Part shown: piece after piece, positions 62,771 through 64,000 of the stretch
Numbering within the stretch: position 1 is the first letter of the stretch
How the letters are laid out: each line of letters starts with the position of its first letter
Assembly (NCBI GenBank): GCA_963753435.1
Contig: CAVWCF010000001.1
Coordinates: 832,001-896,000 of the forward strand
Length of the DNA: 64,000 bases
From: an uncultured Actinomycetota bacterium
GTDB taxonomy: Bacteria; Actinomycetota; Actinomycetes; CAVWCF01
Reading direction: 5' to 3'
Notes under the pieces: model-generated
Told to the model about the DNA's origin: nothing
Seen by the model: only the letters and a program-made list of their open reading frames with translations
Databases searched by the model: none
Program-made: the position numbers and the translations under genes

Positions 62771-63561
62771 GTCCGCTGCGCGTCGGCCACCTGCGGCGGG
62801 TCGTCCGGACCGAACACCGCGTCGAACATCATGTTCGCCCCGGTCCAGCCGAGCACCGAAGCCAGCCCCGCCCCAGCCGGTGAGTGGTAGTCGAGCCCCT
62901 TGTAGGCCTTCTTCATGACCGCCAGGCGCCGCGCCTCAACCCGAGCCGCATCGGTATGCGCCACCGGGTCGGCGTCGCGGTAGACGTTCGTCCACTCCGC
63001 TGTGACGTCGAGCAGGAACTCCTTGCCGGCTGGGATGGCAGCCGGGTCGAGATAGAGCAAGACGCCGACGCTCGACCCGACCTGCAACGTGAAGTAGGGA
63101 CTAGGCGGCGGTTCGGGGCCCAGCCGATACGACGTCAGCGTCGGCCAATGACGCGCGACCACGTCCGCGTACCCGAGCATGTGCCGCCCGTAGTAGGTCT
63201 GGTCGAACGCAACATCTCCGACCGGAATGAAGTCCGCACCGATGATGCAGACCTCCGGCATCTCGAAGATCACTGTCGTCAACGCCGGAAAGTCGTAGCC
63301 CGTGCCCGGCCAGGCGTGGGCCAGGTGTTCGTTCAACATGCCGCTGCGATGGAACCGATACAACGTCGACCGCTCTATCTTGGCGGCGGTGTAGGAGTCC
63401 ACGTCCACCGCTCCGGCCTCGTTGTCCGGGCCGGCCTCGAACCGGTTATGGGCGATCAGAGCCGGAACCGGAAGTGGCTGCCATTGCAGGGCGTCTCCCA
63501 GGATCTGCGCCTGGGCGGCCCGCAGACCGAGGGTGTCTTCGCGCTCGATCTCGTAGGTCAT
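62716..63561 (-). CDS. ferredoxin-dependent bilin reductase / RCC reductase-like protein
   Basis: Pattern WP...YDFP, ADFIP..D...D..YY, SPYF...S, W, then a D.....LASVLG......FDAVF ending, at about 280 aa. Confidence 0.6.
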   Translation of the reverse strand: MTYEIEREDTLGLRAAQAQILGDALQWQPLPVPALIAHNRFEAGPDNEAGAVDVDSYTAAKIERSTLYRFHRSGMLNEHLAHAWPGTGYDFPALTTVIFEMPEVCIIGADFIPVGDVAFDQTYYGRHMLGYADVVARHWPTLTSYRLGPEPPPSPYFTLQVGSSVGVLLYLDPAAIPAGKEFLLDVTAEWTNVYRDADPVAHTDAARVEARRLAVMKKAYKGLDYHSPAGAGLASVLGWTGANMMFDAVFGPDDPPQVADAQRTYLDVDVSPGTPPRPVRG

Positions 63562-63577
63562 GACCAAACTATGTCGC

Positions 63578-63859
63578 TTACTCGGCGGGAGGCTGGATCC
63601 GGTACTCCGCTCGAACCATTTCGATCCGCGCGATCACGCGGTTGCGCAGCCCCTCGGGCGCGTGGTCCGCGCCGCAACATCGGGCGACCAGCGCCATGAC
63701 CGCCTGCTCAAGGCCGTACTCCCGCAGGCATGGACCGCACTCGTCCAGGTGCACCCGAATGGAGTCAAGCGTGGCGTGGTCGATTTCCCCGTCCAGGTAC
63801 TCGTAGACCTGCGCGAGGACCGCGTCGCAGTCAACGTCGTGGGGATGGCCGCAGCTCAT
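63578..63859 (-). CDS. rsrA: zinc-binding anti-sigma factor RsrA/RshA
   Basis: MSCG...C...YEYLDGE...HLDECGPC (HxxxCxxC) and RCC. Confidence 0.93.
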   Translation of the reverse strand: MSCGHPHDVDCDAVLAQVYEYLDGEIDHATLDSIRVHLDECGPCLREYGLEQAVMALVARCCGADHAPEGLRNRVIARIEMVRAEYRIQPPAE

Positions 63860-64000
63860 GACGTCGATCCCTCCTCGACAAGTAGCCCCCGGTCCAGCGC
63901 GTAGTCCTCCAGCAGCGCCCGCAACTGCTTGCGGCCCCGGTGCAGACGGGACATCACCGTGCCGATCGGCGTGTCCATGATCTCGGCTATCTCCTTGTAC
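63856..64000 (-). CDS. sigR: ECF sigma factor SigR/SigH (C-terminal part only)
   Basis: Manual read: [34 protein letters not shown]...*. The stop overlaps the rsrA ATG. Confidence 0.9.
   Translation of the reverse strand, partial: YKEIAEIMDTPIGTVMSRLHRGRKQLRALLEDYALDRGLLVEEGSTS

Overview
High-GC actinobacterial chromosomal window, mostly core genes: dnaG, dgt, ppdK, dusB, glyQS, znuACB-smtB-zur, uppS-recO, leuA with its leader-peptide attenuator, a RR-HK-GerMN trio, gpgS, acetoacetate-CoA ligase, a persulfide/rhodanese/TauE operon, phhA, kgd, malic enzyme, sodN/sodX, a SigB/F-type sigma pair, whiB1-pdtaS, bioAFDB plus a displaced bsaP, pilT, and rsrA-sigR at the right edge. I saw no rRNA, tRNA, CRISPR array or transposase. 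The strongest candidate for an undescribed system is 54.4-58.6 kb. An unannotated 19-aa ORF (MTISSMLERFLMTNGHGWH) with a strong SD lies inside a 26-bp near-perfect inverted repeat. One arm of that repeat carries an anti-SD for the next gene, which begins a pair of membrane HD-GYP genes (one intact, one degenerate). Divergently there is a protein with a LeuA-regulatory-like C-terminus. Also notable: identically spaced sigma28-type leaderless promoters before pilT and a distant MCP, and an accessory block (58.6-63.6 kb) with a FabR/DesT-like regulator plus tandem operators, paralogous helical proteins, an ATP-grasp protein and a bilin-reductase-like protein. All family calls come from motif recognition by eye; no searches were run.
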